Source: Victivallis vadensis (GTDB lineage: Bacteria; Verrucomicrobiota; Kiritimatiellia; UBA8416; CAMCYG01). Taken from it: a stretch of 64,000 nt of DNA. This document shows, piece after piece, positions 33,372-43,789 of this stretch. A program made the translations under genes and the position numbers. The notes below the pieces were generated by a model. The model saw nothing but the letters and a program-made list of their open reading frames with translations, ran no database searches and had not been told where the DNA came from. Within the stretch, counting starts at the first letter, position 1, and every line of letters starts with the position of its first letter. The stretch is from assembly GCA_945883775.1 (NCBI GenBank), contig CAMCYG010000001.1, positions 606-64,605 of the forward strand. Direction: 5' to 3'.

Positions 33372-34202
33372 CTAAACTGTCTTACCTGCCATAACACTGC
33401 GGATGGCATCAAGGCCATCGCGGACCTTGGTAAACCTGTCGGAAGGCTTTTTTGCCATCAGGCGCTTTATCAAAGACCTTGTCGGAGCAGAGATGTCAGA
33501 ATTAAAATCTGCCGGATCTTTTTCATAATTGATTACCTGATCCTTCAGTTCATCATCAGAACCACTGCCGAAAGGGAGCTGGCCCGTGGTCATATAGAAC
33601 AAGGACGCCCCGAACGAGAACATGTCGGAGGCAGGCGTGGCAACCGCCATCCCTCCTAATATCTCCGGTGCAACAAAGTTCAGACGCGAGCCGAAAGCGA
33701 CATCTATTCTTGCCAGCGTAAGCGGCACAAAAGAGAAGAATTCTGAGATCTTGATATTGCCGTCTGCGGCAATATGCAGATTATCAGGGTTAATGCCGCC
33801 GTGCGATATCTTAAAGACATTTGACGCATAGTTCAATCCACAGGCTGCCATCTCTATGACAGCCAGAGAGTCACCTTCAGCAAGCCTCTGCTTCCTTTTT
33901 ACCCAATCCGCAACAGTATAGCCTTCAGACTTATCATAGATATAATACGGACAGCCCTCATGCACGCCGCCGGTGATAATGGAACTAATGTTAACGTGCT
34001 TGAGTATACTGCCCAGATTGATATCCACCGTGAACCGGTCATTGCATTCATCTATTGCCACGACCCACCCAGGCAGAACTCGCAAATAGACATCGCCATT
34101 AGTGGCATCGTTTCTGGCTCGATACAGAACACCCAGAAAATCCTCCAGCAGGACTTCGCTGATCGTATAGCCGGGTATCTGACTTTGAATTTGCTGTTCC
34201 AT
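33372..34202 (-). CDS. protein kinase-like protein, predicted pseudokinase
   Basis: Kinase scaffold retained: FVAPEILGG, DMFSFGASLFYMTTGQLPF, KKPSDRF. Catalytic positions replaced: HGGINPDN for HRDxKPxN, ISEF for DFG, VYLRVL for VAIK, and no GxGxxG loop. Alternative starts at 34217 and 34244. Confidence 0.65.
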   Translation of the reverse strand: MEQQIQSQIPGYTISEVLLEDFLGVLYRARNDATNGDVYLRVLPGWVVAIDECNDRFTVDINLGSILKHVNISSIITGGVHEGCPYYIYDKSEGYTVADWVKRKQRLAEGDSLAVIEMAACGLNYASNVFKISHGGINPDNLHIAADGNIKISEFFSFVPLTLARIDVAFGSRLNFVAPEILGGMAVATPASDMFSFGASLFYMTTGQLPFGSGSDDELKDQVINYEKDPADFNSDISAPTRSLIKRLMAKKPSDRFTKVRDGLDAIRSVMAGKTV

Positions 34203-34255
34203 AAATTTAATTCCCATAGAGACGCAGGATAAATAAAAAAACATTTAAGTTCAAT

Positions 34256-35434
34256 TTACATCAACAAGGCCTGCTCAAACCTTTTTTCAACCGCCGCCCA
34301 GGAGTATTGGCTCAGCACGTATTTACGCCCATTTTCTCCCATTGCACGGCGCAATTCTTTATTGCGCACCAGCATGAGCAATTCCTCTTCGAACTCTGGA
34401 TACAATCCGAACCAGAATCCTGCATTGCTTCGTTGACACTGCCACTTCAAGACTTCGCCACCCGAGTGAACCAGCGCAGGTGCCCCGGCAAGAAATGATT
34501 CCAGCAGCACAATCCCAAAACTTTCAAATACCGAGGGATGGATAAACGCCAGGGCGCCAGCCATAGCCTCATGCTTTTCCTGCTCGGAAACAAAACCAAA
34601 GTCCAGGATATGCGGGGCCATTTCCGGCGGGGCTTCGATCGGGCCACTGCCGGTAAATACCAGCTTGACATCAATTCCCGTACGATTACGGAAAGCGTTA
34701 ACATAATCGGTTAGAAGCGGCGTACCTTTACCGCCTTCCCGCCGTCCAGCATACATGACATACGGCTGTTTAATACCGTGCCTGGCGGCAAAGGCAGCAG
34801 GATCGGCATCAAAAGAGTCAAGCCCCATCCCGACGACAGCACAGCGTGCTTCCGGCAAACCGTATATCCGCCGGGCAAGATCTTTTTCCGGTTCGCTGTT
34901 AAACAGGAAACCGCGGACTTTACCGAACATCTCATGCATGATCTTGAGATACGCAAAAGGCTCATCGTGCAGACACGGCACAAGCAGGCTTTTCTCCGGC
35001 AGGATCTGGCTGGCAAAGAAAATCAGGCCGAAAAGGTAAGGACCAAGGATAATACGGTCAAATTCAGCACCATGTTCACGGATATAATTGCACAACGCCG
35101 TACTATTGACGCTGTTAGTGACCCAAAGCCGTTCTTCTTCAATCGAAAGATCCACACCGCGACCCAGCCGCGACTGGATCGACAGAAATGAGGAAACATC
35201 CCGTTCTGAATCCACGGAAAAAAGACGTACATCGACTTTACCGATTCGCCGCAATCCGGCTGGCAGTTCATTTTTCCAGGTGAAATGGCTTTTGGCGCAT
35301 GTGGCCAGAAACGTCACATCCATTCCTGACTCTGCCGCACGCTCGGCAAGATTCTTCATAAGCGTTTCCGCACCGCCGACCGTTCCACTTTCCGGATATC
35401 TGGGACAAACAAAAGCTATTTTATTTTTACTCAT
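34256..35434 (-). CDS. GT4-family glycosyltransferase
   Basis: 392 aa from MSKNKIAFVCPRYPESGTVGGAETLM. C-terminal E-x7-E-like block FESFGIVLLESFLAGAPAL. Confidence 0.85.
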   Translation of the reverse strand: MSKNKIAFVCPRYPESGTVGGAETLMKNLAERAAESGMDVTFLATCAKSHFTWKNELPAGLRRIGKVDVRLFSVDSERDVSSFLSIQSRLGRGVDLSIEEERLWVTNSVNSTALCNYIREHGAEFDRIILGPYLFGLIFFASQILPEKSLLVPCLHDEPFAYLKIMHEMFGKVRGFLFNSEPEKDLARRIYGLPEARCAVVGMGLDSFDADPAAFAARHGIKQPYVMYAGRREGGKGTPLLTDYVNAFRNRTGIDVKLVFTGSGPIEAPPEMAPHILDFGFVSEQEKHEAMAGALAFIHPSVFESFGIVLLESFLAGAPALVHSGGEVLKWQCQRSNAGFWFGLYPEFEEELLMLVRNKELRRAMGENGRKYVLSQYSWAAVEKRFEQALLM

Positions 35435-35739
35435 ATTCTCACAATACCAGCAAACAGTTTGATCGTTTTCTTGACAAGAAACCGCATTTCGAGCGGACAC
35501 GGACTCATGTCCGTTGAACCTGCAGGGATAAGCGCATTTCAATGCGGGAAAGAATGACAAAACGCTTCTTCTAACGCAATCCTTAACTCGGACTATAACG
35601 TGTTGGGGCGCAAGACATATTTGTAGATATTCTCATGCAGAACGGCTCACCGTCCGGTTTCGCTGCTACCGATAAAATGGCAGTGCACCGCAAGTACCTG
35701 CAACTTGACACTGATTGCCGTATATTGCATTCTGAAGAC

Positions 35740-36198
35740 ATGAAAAAGATAACTAGACCCGGTTGGGACAGATATTTTATCGATATTGCCACAGCAGTAT
35801 CAGCCAGGGGAAATTGCCGGAGACGAAAAGTCGCCGCGGTTATCGTCAAGGACAACAGGATAATCTCTACCGGCTATAACGGAACCCCGCGCGGCATTAC
35901 TAATTGCGACGAAGGAGGATGCAAACGCTGTGCCGGCAACTCGCCGTCGGGGAAAGAACTCAGCGAATGCGTATGCTCCCATGCCGAGGAAAACGCTATC
36001 ACTCAAGCCGCTTATCACGGCATTGCACTGAAAGATTCAACCATGTACTCCACACTCAGCCCCTGCTTGATATGCGCAAAGATGATTATCAATTCCGGTA
36101 TAAAAAGAGTCGTTTACGATAAGGAATACGAGTTCCACATTCAGATAAAGGCACTCTTTAAAAAAGCCGGTATCAAATTTCAACGACTCAGCCACTGA
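35740..36198 (+). CDS. dCMP/cytidine deaminase family protein
   Basis: HAEENAI and PCLICAKMII zinc motifs. 152 aa from MKKITRPGWDRYF. Confidence 0.85.
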   Translation: MKKITRPGWDRYFIDIATAVSARGNCRRRKVAAVIVKDNRIISTGYNGTPRGITNCDEGGCKRCAGNSPSGKELSECVCSHAEENAITQAAYHGIALKDSTMYSTLSPCLICAKMIINSGIKRVVYDKEYEFHIQIKALFKKAGIKFQRLSH

Positions 36199-36230
36199 CC
36201 ACCGATTACTGACTACTCACCACAAGACAT
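36199..36230 (+). repeat. weak heptad tract filling the stop-to-ATG spacer
   Basis: ccaccga ttactga ctactca ccacaag acat ATG. Confidence 0.4.
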
Positions 36231-37538
36231 ATGCCAGCGATTTGTAAAATCATAACAGTGTTTGCATTCATGCTTCTGCTGGACAGGATGAAAATGCATC
36301 TCGGTCTCGTCCTGGTTCTGGCAGGAGTGGCGCTGAACTTGTGGGCGGGCATCGCCCTGCCGGATGCTATTTCCAACCTTTATGCATCGGCCCAGTCACC
36401 TGACCTCTGGTTTCTGATGATAATCATGGCACTGGTTCTAGAAATAGGCAGATTTATGACATCCGACGGCAATGCCGAGGAAATGCTTAACGCTGCAAGG
36501 CGATGGGGCGGCCGGCACGGCGGCGTAGCTTCTGTGATTGCCCTTCCCGCCATACTCGGGCTAATCCCAATGCCGGCTGGCGCTCTGCTGTCAGCCCCGT
36601 TCGTCGACGAAGCCGGCAACAAAATCAAGGCTACCCCGGAATGGAAAGCGGCAGTGAACTACTGGTTCCGGCACATCTGGGAATACTGGTGGCCGCTTTA
36701 CCCTGGAGTCCTTATCGGCATGTCGTTATTCACAATTCCGATGTGGAAATTCATACTCACCCAGTGCACCTTCACCTTGGCAGCACTTACAGCCGGATAC
36801 TTCTTTCTCGTTCGTCCGAACGCAAAGGCTCTATCAGAGGTCCCACACATTGACGAAGGGACCTACGGCAGGGCACTGCTGATCTTCAGCCCATTGGTTA
36901 TAGTCATACTTTCGTTCTTTCTCATGCCGCAGGTAGTCAGAAGTATTCTTCCCGGCATCAGCGAGACGTCCGAAAGGAATATATCCAGCATTTTCGGACT
37001 GCTCATAGGCCTGCTGGTAGTTCTAGCTGACAGATATCGCCGAATGAAAAAAGGGGAACAGCTCTCGCATAAGATCTTTTCATCCCTTGTCGAAAAGAAG
37101 GCGATCAGCCTGCAATTCTCTATAGCAGGGGTGATGATATTCAAAGAAATGCTGGCACATTCGGGCCTTCTGCCTGTGGCCAGCGGCGAACTCGCAGGAA
37201 GCGGAATCCCTCTGACTCTAGTGGTGATGACTTTGCCATTCATGGCCGGCATGGTCACTGGAATAACCGTTGGATTCGCAGGGACTTCTTTCCCTCTGGT
37301 GGTCGGGCTCATGCAGGCACAGCCGGACCTGCTGCCTCCGCTGGCAACGTTGGTTCTGGCCTACAGTGTAGGATACATGGGAATAATTCTCTCGCCGGTT
37401 CACCTATGCCTGATAGTCACGCGCGACTACTTCAAATCCAGCATCAGACTGATATTCAAGGCTCTTACTGCCTGTGTAATCACCATCATTATCTACTCCA
37501 TGGCAATGCACTATATTTTGCTCTTCTTTAAAGTGTAG
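36231..37538 (+). CDS. polytopic membrane protein, putative transporter (DUF401-like)
   Basis: About 10-12 hydrophobic helices across 435 aa. The family call is from memory only. Confidence 0.6.
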   Translation: MPAICKIITVFAFMLLLDRMKMHLGLVLVLAGVALNLWAGIALPDAISNLYASAQSPDLWFLMIIMALVLEIGRFMTSDGNAEEMLNAARRWGGRHGGVASVIALPAILGLIPMPAGALLSAPFVDEAGNKIKATPEWKAAVNYWFRHIWEYWWPLYPGVLIGMSLFTIPMWKFILTQCTFTLAALTAGYFFLVRPNAKALSEVPHIDEGTYGRALLIFSPLVIVILSFFLMPQVVRSILPGISETSERNISSIFGLLIGLLVVLADRYRRMKKGEQLSHKIFSSLVEKKAISLQFSIAGVMIFKEMLAHSGLLPVASGELAGSGIPLTLVVMTLPFMAGMVTGITVGFAGTSFPLVVGLMQAQPDLLPPLATLVLAYSVGYMGIILSPVHLCLIVTRDYFKSSIRLIFKALTACVITIIIYSMAMHYILLFFKV

Positions 37539-37560
37539 GGGCGATCGTGCGATCTCTCGA

Positions 37561-38832
37561 TTAACCTTTGCCGACCTTGGCACTTAAATAAGCCTTCAGG
37601 AACCTACCCTTGTAAGCCTCCAGCTTCTGCAATGCAGTATGAGACGCCGTCTTGATCTTTACGGAAGAAATATGGACGGGAAGGTGTTCTTTAGTAATGA
37701 CACCGTCAACGGCCAATTTAGAAGCATTCTTAAGAACGTTCTCCATTTCCTTGACATTGCCGGGCCAGGAATATGAATACAGCACGGCACACGCATCCGG
37801 ATCAAGCGTCAGTGGCTTGCCGCCGAGTGATAACTCATGGACGATCGAGACGGCTATCGGCAGAACATCATCAATACGCTCCGCAAGCGGTTTGATTTCC
37901 ATCTTTATGATGCTTAATCTACTGTAAAGATCATGTCTAAAGTCACCGGCATCTACAAGCGCCTTAATATCCGAGTTATTGGCCGCAATGATCCGCACAT
38001 CCACAGGCATATTGTCATTGCCGCCAACCCTCTTGATTGACTTCTCCATAATGGTCTTAATAAACATATCCTGTATTTTTGCAGGCATTAAGCCGATTTC
38101 CTCTATGAATAACGTACCGCCATGCACCATCTCTAAAAGCCCCTGCTTATTCGGGGTCGGCGAACTCACACTACCCCTTACAAACCCATAAAGTTCAGCT
38201 TCCAGCACTGGCTCAGGCAATGTTGCACAGTTGATAGACAGGAACTGTCGCGTCTTCCGCGGGCTCATTTCGTGTATGGCACGAGCAATCGCACTCTTGC
38301 CAACGCCAACCCCGCCTATAACAAGAACCGCAGAATCAGTAGGCGCTATCTTCTCTATCATCATGCATACTTCCTGCATGTCCCGACTCTCTGCGATGAG
38401 GTTATGTATGAAGTATTTGGCCTCAGGAGCCTGCAGTTTATCACCCTTGGCCGCCAGGGCCTTACGATATTCCAGCGCCCTTTCGATTGTCATAAGCATG
38501 TCATCAACCTTGAACGGCTTTGTGAGATAATCAAAGGCACCAAGCTTCAGTGATTCAATGGCCGTGTTAATCGAACTGAAAGCCGTCAACATCAGCACAA
38601 CCATATCCGGCTTAGCCTTCTTGGCAAATCCAAGCAATTCAATTCCGTTTACGGGCGACATACGTATATCTGAGATCATCAAATCAATGTCATTACTCAT
38701 GATGATTTCCTTGGCCTGGTTTCCGTCATTCGATGTGATTACGTTATATCCCTTTGTCTTGAGAAGCGTCTGCAAAACGCCAGCAAGGCTCTTTTCATCA
38801 TCGACAACAAGAATATTGGGTACGCTACTCAT
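37561..38832 (-). CDS. response regulator with AAA+ (NtrC-type) domain, no recognisable C-terminal HTH
   Basis: Receiver ILVVDDE...MISDIRMSPVNG. AAA+ Walker A GGVGVGKSAIARAIH and Walker B GGTLFIEEI. GFVRGS stands in place of GAFTGA. FRHDLYSRL. The C-terminal 50 aa lack a Fis-type HTH. Confidence 0.8.
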   Translation of the reverse strand: MSSVPNILVVDDEKSLAGVLQTLLKTKGYNVITSNDGNQAKEIIMSNDIDLMISDIRMSPVNGIELLGFAKKAKPDMVVLMLTAFSSINTAIESLKLGAFDYLTKPFKVDDMLMTIERALEYRKALAAKGDKLQAPEAKYFIHNLIAESRDMQEVCMMIEKIAPTDSAVLVIGGVGVGKSAIARAIHEMSPRKTRQFLSINCATLPEPVLEAELYGFVRGSVSSPTPNKQGLLEMVHGGTLFIEEIGLMPAKIQDMFIKTIMEKSIKRVGGNDNMPVDVRIIAANNSDIKALVDAGDFRHDLYSRLSIIKMEIKPLAERIDDVLPIAVSIVHELSLGGKPLTLDPDACAVLYSYSWPGNVKEMENVLKNASKLAVDGVITKEHLPVHISSVKIKTASHTALQKLEAYKGRFLKAYLSAKVGKG

Positions 38833-38846
38833 TTTTTTAATAAACT

Positions 38847-40730
38847 TTATCTCAGAAATTTAGTTCTCAATATTGAGATATACCTATCATACCGGCCAAG
38901 AGCAATACAAATTTCCGATGGTGAATTCCGGGCATTCCATAGTTTTAGGAATCTTTTTTTCAACGACTTAACCTCTTTCAATAGAGCCCGGCAATTCCGT
39001 TCAGTCAACCCATCCATGAGCGCCAGTTTATTGACAGCATGCACCATGGAATCAACGGCAAATATCCAAAAAGGCAGTAATCCATAAGGGTCAGTGCATT
39101 TTTCCTTCGAGACGCATGCAAATACAGCACGTATCCTTAGCAGCTTTTTCATCAACAGCTTGGCATATCTCTCATCAAACATGATCTTCCGCTTCCGTAT
39201 AGCGTTCTTATCGAACACCCACGCCGTCCGCTCACAATGCGAAAGCACTTTATCGCCGGGCCACGCAAAAAAGATATGCGCCCATATGCTCTGATACCAT
39301 GCATCCGCGCTGATATGCGCTACTGCACCAAGATCGCGAAAAGCCCCGGCGAAGCGACGATCTTTAGTCTTTATAAACATACACGCAAAACGTTCAGCAA
39401 AATCATGCCTGTCCGAAGACGTGTTCCATGCCTGTTCGGCACCATACAGATACCCGGGCCAGGAATATTCCATGAAGTTATAATGGCCGCCATCGCCCCA
39501 ATCCGTTACCATCAGCCCGTCAGCACCGTGCTTCAAAGCTTCTTTAGCAAATCCTGATATATTGTCCTCTGCTTCATGGATTCTGGGAAATAGCGACACC
39601 CAGGACGATGTTCCAGGACAGGCATAGAATCTCAGGCCGGCCTTCTTAAAACGGGCAACCCTCTTGTAATCCGTGTTATGATCATAACCCCAGTCAAGAA
39701 CTGTCACATCTTTCGGTATTTCCTGAATCAGTTCCGGATACTTGTGAATTATATCACCCCAGAACATAATCTTCTTGCCATATTTTCCGGCAAGTTCTCT
39801 GAGGCGCAGAATGTGGTCCAGATACAGACGCCCCCTGCCCTTTCTCTGCGCAAGCTGATAGCTTTGCCCAAGGCCCAGATCAAAAGTCTCATCACAGCAG
39901 ATATTGAACTTATTTGACGAAAAGGCAGGCAGAAATTCCGCGAACAGCTCCTCAAGAAGCTTATAACTACCGGGATTAGCCGGCGCCAGACTCGCGCCCT
40001 TACGCTTTTTCCAATCCGCCAGTTTATCGGCATCAGGGCTTTGATATTCCAGACGACACAGATCCTCAGCCAAACCCCTGAACCGCTTTTGGTTCAATAT
40101 GTTTGCCATATGCCCGAAGCTGGCAAAAGAAGGAACCAACTCCACAAACCTTTCACTACAATATTCGTCCAGATCATGGATGTCTTCGGCAGTAAGACAC
40201 CCGCGACCGCGCCATATTTCCGGATACTTCTTAAACCTGAATACATGCTCGAAATAAAGCTGATATTGATTGATCTTGTGCCGCGACAGAATATCTATCT
40301 GTTCCTTTAACCGTTCGATCTTCGGTATGCGTCCCCTTGAAATATCATAATATATGCCGCGCACCTGAAAATCAGGCCAATCCTCAATAATACAGCATGG
40401 AATTGATTTTGAAGCACTGCATTCAATCAGCTGCAGAAGAGTCTGGCAGGCGTAAAAGACTCCAGAAGGAGCAGACGCCCTGATAATGATCCGAGCAGGC
40501 GTCAGCTCAAGGATATACCCGTCAGATCCGCGCTTCGTGAAAGACAGCTCGATCTGAATATCAGCATCCAGAAAGCTTGAAGTACATATTGCACTCAATT
40601 TTGACTGCAAAAAGGAAACCGCCTGCATCAATTCACGGGCAGGAAGGTATATCACCGGCCTGATAGGCAGTGTATACGAACCTGCTGACGTCCTTATCTT
40701 CTTGGGCTGCGGTATGAACATTGACTTCAT
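38847..40730 (-). CDS. glycoside hydrolase family 20-like protein
   Basis: IEDWPDFQVRGIYYDISRG and ICCDETFDLG resemble the GH20 catalytic barrel (PRFxxRG, GGDE). Confidence 0.6.
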   Translation of the reverse strand: MKSMFIPQPKKIRTSAGSYTLPIRPVIYLPARELMQAVSFLQSKLSAICTSSFLDADIQIELSFTKRGSDGYILELTPARIIIRASAPSGVFYACQTLLQLIECSASKSIPCCIIEDWPDFQVRGIYYDISRGRIPKIERLKEQIDILSRHKINQYQLYFEHVFRFKKYPEIWRGRGCLTAEDIHDLDEYCSERFVELVPSFASFGHMANILNQKRFRGLAEDLCRLEYQSPDADKLADWKKRKGASLAPANPGSYKLLEELFAEFLPAFSSNKFNICCDETFDLGLGQSYQLAQRKGRGRLYLDHILRLRELAGKYGKKIMFWGDIIHKYPELIQEIPKDVTVLDWGYDHNTDYKRVARFKKAGLRFYACPGTSSWVSLFPRIHEAEDNISGFAKEALKHGADGLMVTDWGDGGHYNFMEYSWPGYLYGAEQAWNTSSDRHDFAERFACMFIKTKDRRFAGAFRDLGAVAHISADAWYQSIWAHIFFAWPGDKVLSHCERTAWVFDKNAIRKRKIMFDERYAKLLMKKLLRIRAVFACVSKEKCTDPYGLLPFWIFAVDSMVHAVNKLALMDGLTERNCRALLKEVKSLKKRFLKLWNARNSPSEICIALGRYDRYISILRTKFLR

Positions 40731-40842
40731 GTATTCTCGGTTAATTTGAAATATTATGTAGAAGTATTACACATCCACAATGGAATTCAACTGTGGAATA
40801 AATGATTGTCGAAAGTCACGGTGATATTATACGATCCCGCGC

Positions 40843-42906
40843 ATGAAAAAAGACATCAATCATCCATACCTGAACCCCGGACGCCCAATACAATGGAGCC
40901 AGCTTGGGCACGAACACATAGAGGCTGACATTACCATTGCCATCGCTGACGCTAAACGGGCTATTGCAGATATATGCAGGATAAAAACACATCAGCGCAC
41001 TTTTGAAAATACCGTCGCAGCGCTGGAAGAGGCTTTGCAGCCTCTGGAACAAGCATGGGCGCTTGTGTGCCACCTCAGCTCTGTTAAAGATTCCAAAGAG
41101 CTTCGCGACGCTCACAACAAGATGCTTCCAAAAGTATCGGATTTCCATTCATCAATCCCCCAGAACAAAAAACTCTGGCAGGCCATCAAGGATTTCTCTG
41201 CATCCAGCGCAGCCAGGAAACTTGCCGGCATACGCAAACGTCTGCTTTCCGAATTTATGATGGATTTTGAAATTAACGGAGCAGATCTGCCAAATGCCAA
41301 GAAACTCCGGCTTCGCAAGATCAATGCAGCGCTCACGCGTACCACCAGAATATTCACAGAAAATGTGATGGATGCCACAAATGCGTGGGAGTATGTGATC
41401 ACCGACGAAACAAAGCTGAAAGGACTGCCGGACTCTGCCCGAACTGCCGCGTGGGAATCAGCAGGGCACAAAGGCCTACACAAAGAAGGACGAAAAGTCT
41501 GGCGATTCACTCTACATGCTCCTTCTATGTTAGCCGTTATGCAACACCTCGACGATGCCGACATACGACACATCTTCTATGCCGCCCAGAGCAACATCGG
41601 CAGACAAGGCAAACACAACAACTTAAAATTGATAAAGAAAACCCTGGATCTGCGTGACGAAAAAGCGCGTCTGCTGGGATTCAAGACATTTGCAGATCTT
41701 GTCCTCAAGCGCCGCATGGCCGGCACCGGCAGAAAAGCGCTGTCCTTCGTTGACAACATGCATTCTAAAACCCGAAGCAAATTCCAGAGAGAGAACAAAG
41801 CCCTTGCAGCATTCGCGGCATCTGCCTGCAACTCAACCCTGGCCCCACTGCCACCATGGTCAATACTATACTGGGCAGAGAAAATGCAGAAAGAGCGGTA
41901 TGATATAGATAACGACAAGATCCGGGAATACTTCGGCATAGATGATGTCATGAAAGGAATGTTCAAGATTGCATCGAGACTGTTCAGCATCAATATCCAG
42001 AAGAAGCGGGCAGAGACCTGGCATGATTCTGTCAAATATTACGAAATCCTCGACGCCAAAGACGGCAGACTTATGGGCACATTTTACCTCGACCTGTACC
42101 CGCGCGAATCCAAACACAGCGGTGCATGGATGGCTCCCATTATAGTCGGCGGACCTTCAGCAAAGGGATTCATCCCGCATACATCAAGCATATGCGGCAA
42201 TATGAGCCCTCCGCTGGGCAAGGCGCAGGCCAGAATAACGCACGATGAAATGACTACACTGTTCCATGAGTTCGGGCACCTCCTTCACTCAATCCTCTCT
42301 GAAGTTGAGTTTGCATCACTCGCAGGAACGAATGTTGCCTGGGACTTTGTCGAACTGCCATCACAGCTTCTCGAGAACTGGTGCTGGAACGCAGAAAGCC
42401 TTAAGATTCTTTCAAAGCACAAGGACAGTGGCAAACCTATAGATGATGCCACAATCACCCGGATGCTGAAGGCGCGCAACTTCCGGTCCTCCTATGCCTG
42501 CACGCGTCAGCTAGCCTACGCCAAGATGGATCTCGAGCTTCACATGAAACACCCCAAATACAGAGGCATTGATTTTGATGCTCTGCACCGCAGACTTCTG
42601 AAGTCGTATTCTTCACCAAGCCCGACAGCGCCCAAATCGTTCCTATTCTCATTCCAGCACATCTTCAGCAGTCCGGTCGGCTACGCTGCAGGCTACTACT
42701 CCTACAAATGGGCGCAATGCCTGGAGGCTGATGTATTTTCTCGATTTGCCAGGAACGGTATCATGGATACTCGCACCGGCATGAAGCTCAGGACTACCAT
42801 CCTGTCAAAGGGCAACAGCAAACAGGCCAATGATATTTTCAGGGATTTCATGGGACGTGATCCTGATCCTGATGCCTTGCTAAAACGCGACAATCTGGTA
42901 CCTTAA
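40843..42906 (+). CDS. M3-family zinc metallopeptidase (oligopeptidase A/Dcp-like)
   Basis: HEFGHLLH zinc motif in a 687-aa protein of typical M3A length. Confidence 0.9.
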   Translation: MKKDINHPYLNPGRPIQWSQLGHEHIEADITIAIADAKRAIADICRIKTHQRTFENTVAALEEALQPLEQAWALVCHLSSVKDSKELRDAHNKMLPKVSDFHSSIPQNKKLWQAIKDFSASSAARKLAGIRKRLLSEFMMDFEINGADLPNAKKLRLRKINAALTRTTRIFTENVMDATNAWEYVITDETKLKGLPDSARTAAWESAGHKGLHKEGRKVWRFTLHAPSMLAVMQHLDDADIRHIFYAAQSNIGRQGKHNNLKLIKKTLDLRDEKARLLGFKTFADLVLKRRMAGTGRKALSFVDNMHSKTRSKFQRENKALAAFAASACNSTLAPLPPWSILYWAEKMQKERYDIDNDKIREYFGIDDVMKGMFKIASRLFSINIQKKRAETWHDSVKYYEILDAKDGRLMGTFYLDLYPRESKHSGAWMAPIIVGGPSAKGFIPHTSSICGNMSPPLGKAQARITHDEMTTLFHEFGHLLHSILSEVEFASLAGTNVAWDFVELPSQLLENWCWNAESLKILSKHKDSGKPIDDATITRMLKARNFRSSYACTRQLAYAKMDLELHMKHPKYRGIDFDALHRRLLKSYSSPSPTAPKSFLFSFQHIFSSPVGYAAGYYSYKWAQCLEADVFSRFARNGIMDTRTGMKLRTTILSKGNSKQANDIFRDFMGRDPDPDALLKRDNLVP

Positions 42907-42953
42907 TTTTGTGTGCAATATTCAGGTGGTATAAACAAAAAATTTGGTTTATT

Positions 42954-43517
42954 ATGACTACATACAGTTTCAACGAATTGTGCGAGATACTCGGCAAGGA
43001 TCCGCTCTACATACAAAACATTCAGAAACATATGCAGCTTCCGGTGCACGGAAGAAAGGCGTCATACCCTGAAAATTATCTACTGCTGCTGGAGAAGGTC
43101 ATAGCGCTGAGAACTTTCAGCGTGCCGCTGGATACTATCAGCGAACTGTTTGAGACGGAGAAGAAAATACTTTCACTCCTGCATTTCGATTCAATATCGC
43201 ACAACGACATCTGGTATCTGGATTTCTGCGACAACGATGAACTGACTGACACATGTTTGCGGCTAACAGGCTATAACCTTGGTTTCGGCCTCAACAAGGG
43301 ACACATACAGCACAACCTAGACTTCGGCATCAAAGACAAGGAGCTTTTCAAGGGAGCCGAAATGGGCGAAGACGTGCGAAAAGTACTGGCAAAGTACAAC
43401 AAGATCTACGCCGATATCCGTCATCGCGTTGAAAAGGAAGAAGCAATCCTGAAAAACGCACTGTCCTGGGCCGCGCGCCTGTTTGCAGAGAAACAGGCAC
43501 TGAATCACAAAGCGTGA
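42954..43517 (+). CDS. hypothetical protein with MerR-like N-terminal HTH
   Basis: YSFNELCEILGKDPLYIQNIQKHMQLPV...YPENYLLLLEKVIALRTFSVPLDTISELF follows the MerR HTH/wing spacing. The C-terminal part is not recognised. Confidence 0.4.
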   Translation: MTTYSFNELCEILGKDPLYIQNIQKHMQLPVHGRKASYPENYLLLLEKVIALRTFSVPLDTISELFETEKKILSLLHFDSISHNDIWYLDFCDNDELTDTCLRLTGYNLGFGLNKGHIQHNLDFGIKDKELFKGAEMGEDVRKVLAKYNKIYADIRHRVEKEEAILKNALSWAARLFAEKQALNHKA

Positions 43518-43789
43518 CGGCGGCTAAGTGATTCATACATGAATATTGCACGCAGAGCCACCCTCTGGGCCGTAAAGAACTCATTACCACGGGCTCCACG
43601 GGGGTTAATTTTTAATCTATAATGATGCAAAATTAAAGTATCAGCATTCTTGGCCGTTGCTTATCTTCATTGACATATCCTTAACACAGAAACGCCACAA
43701 CGCCCTTTCTTGCTCTCTTCATGACATTTAAAACATCGGGACTGGAAAAGGAAGAAAAAGAAAGCACTTGCTTTTAAAGCCCTGAATCA

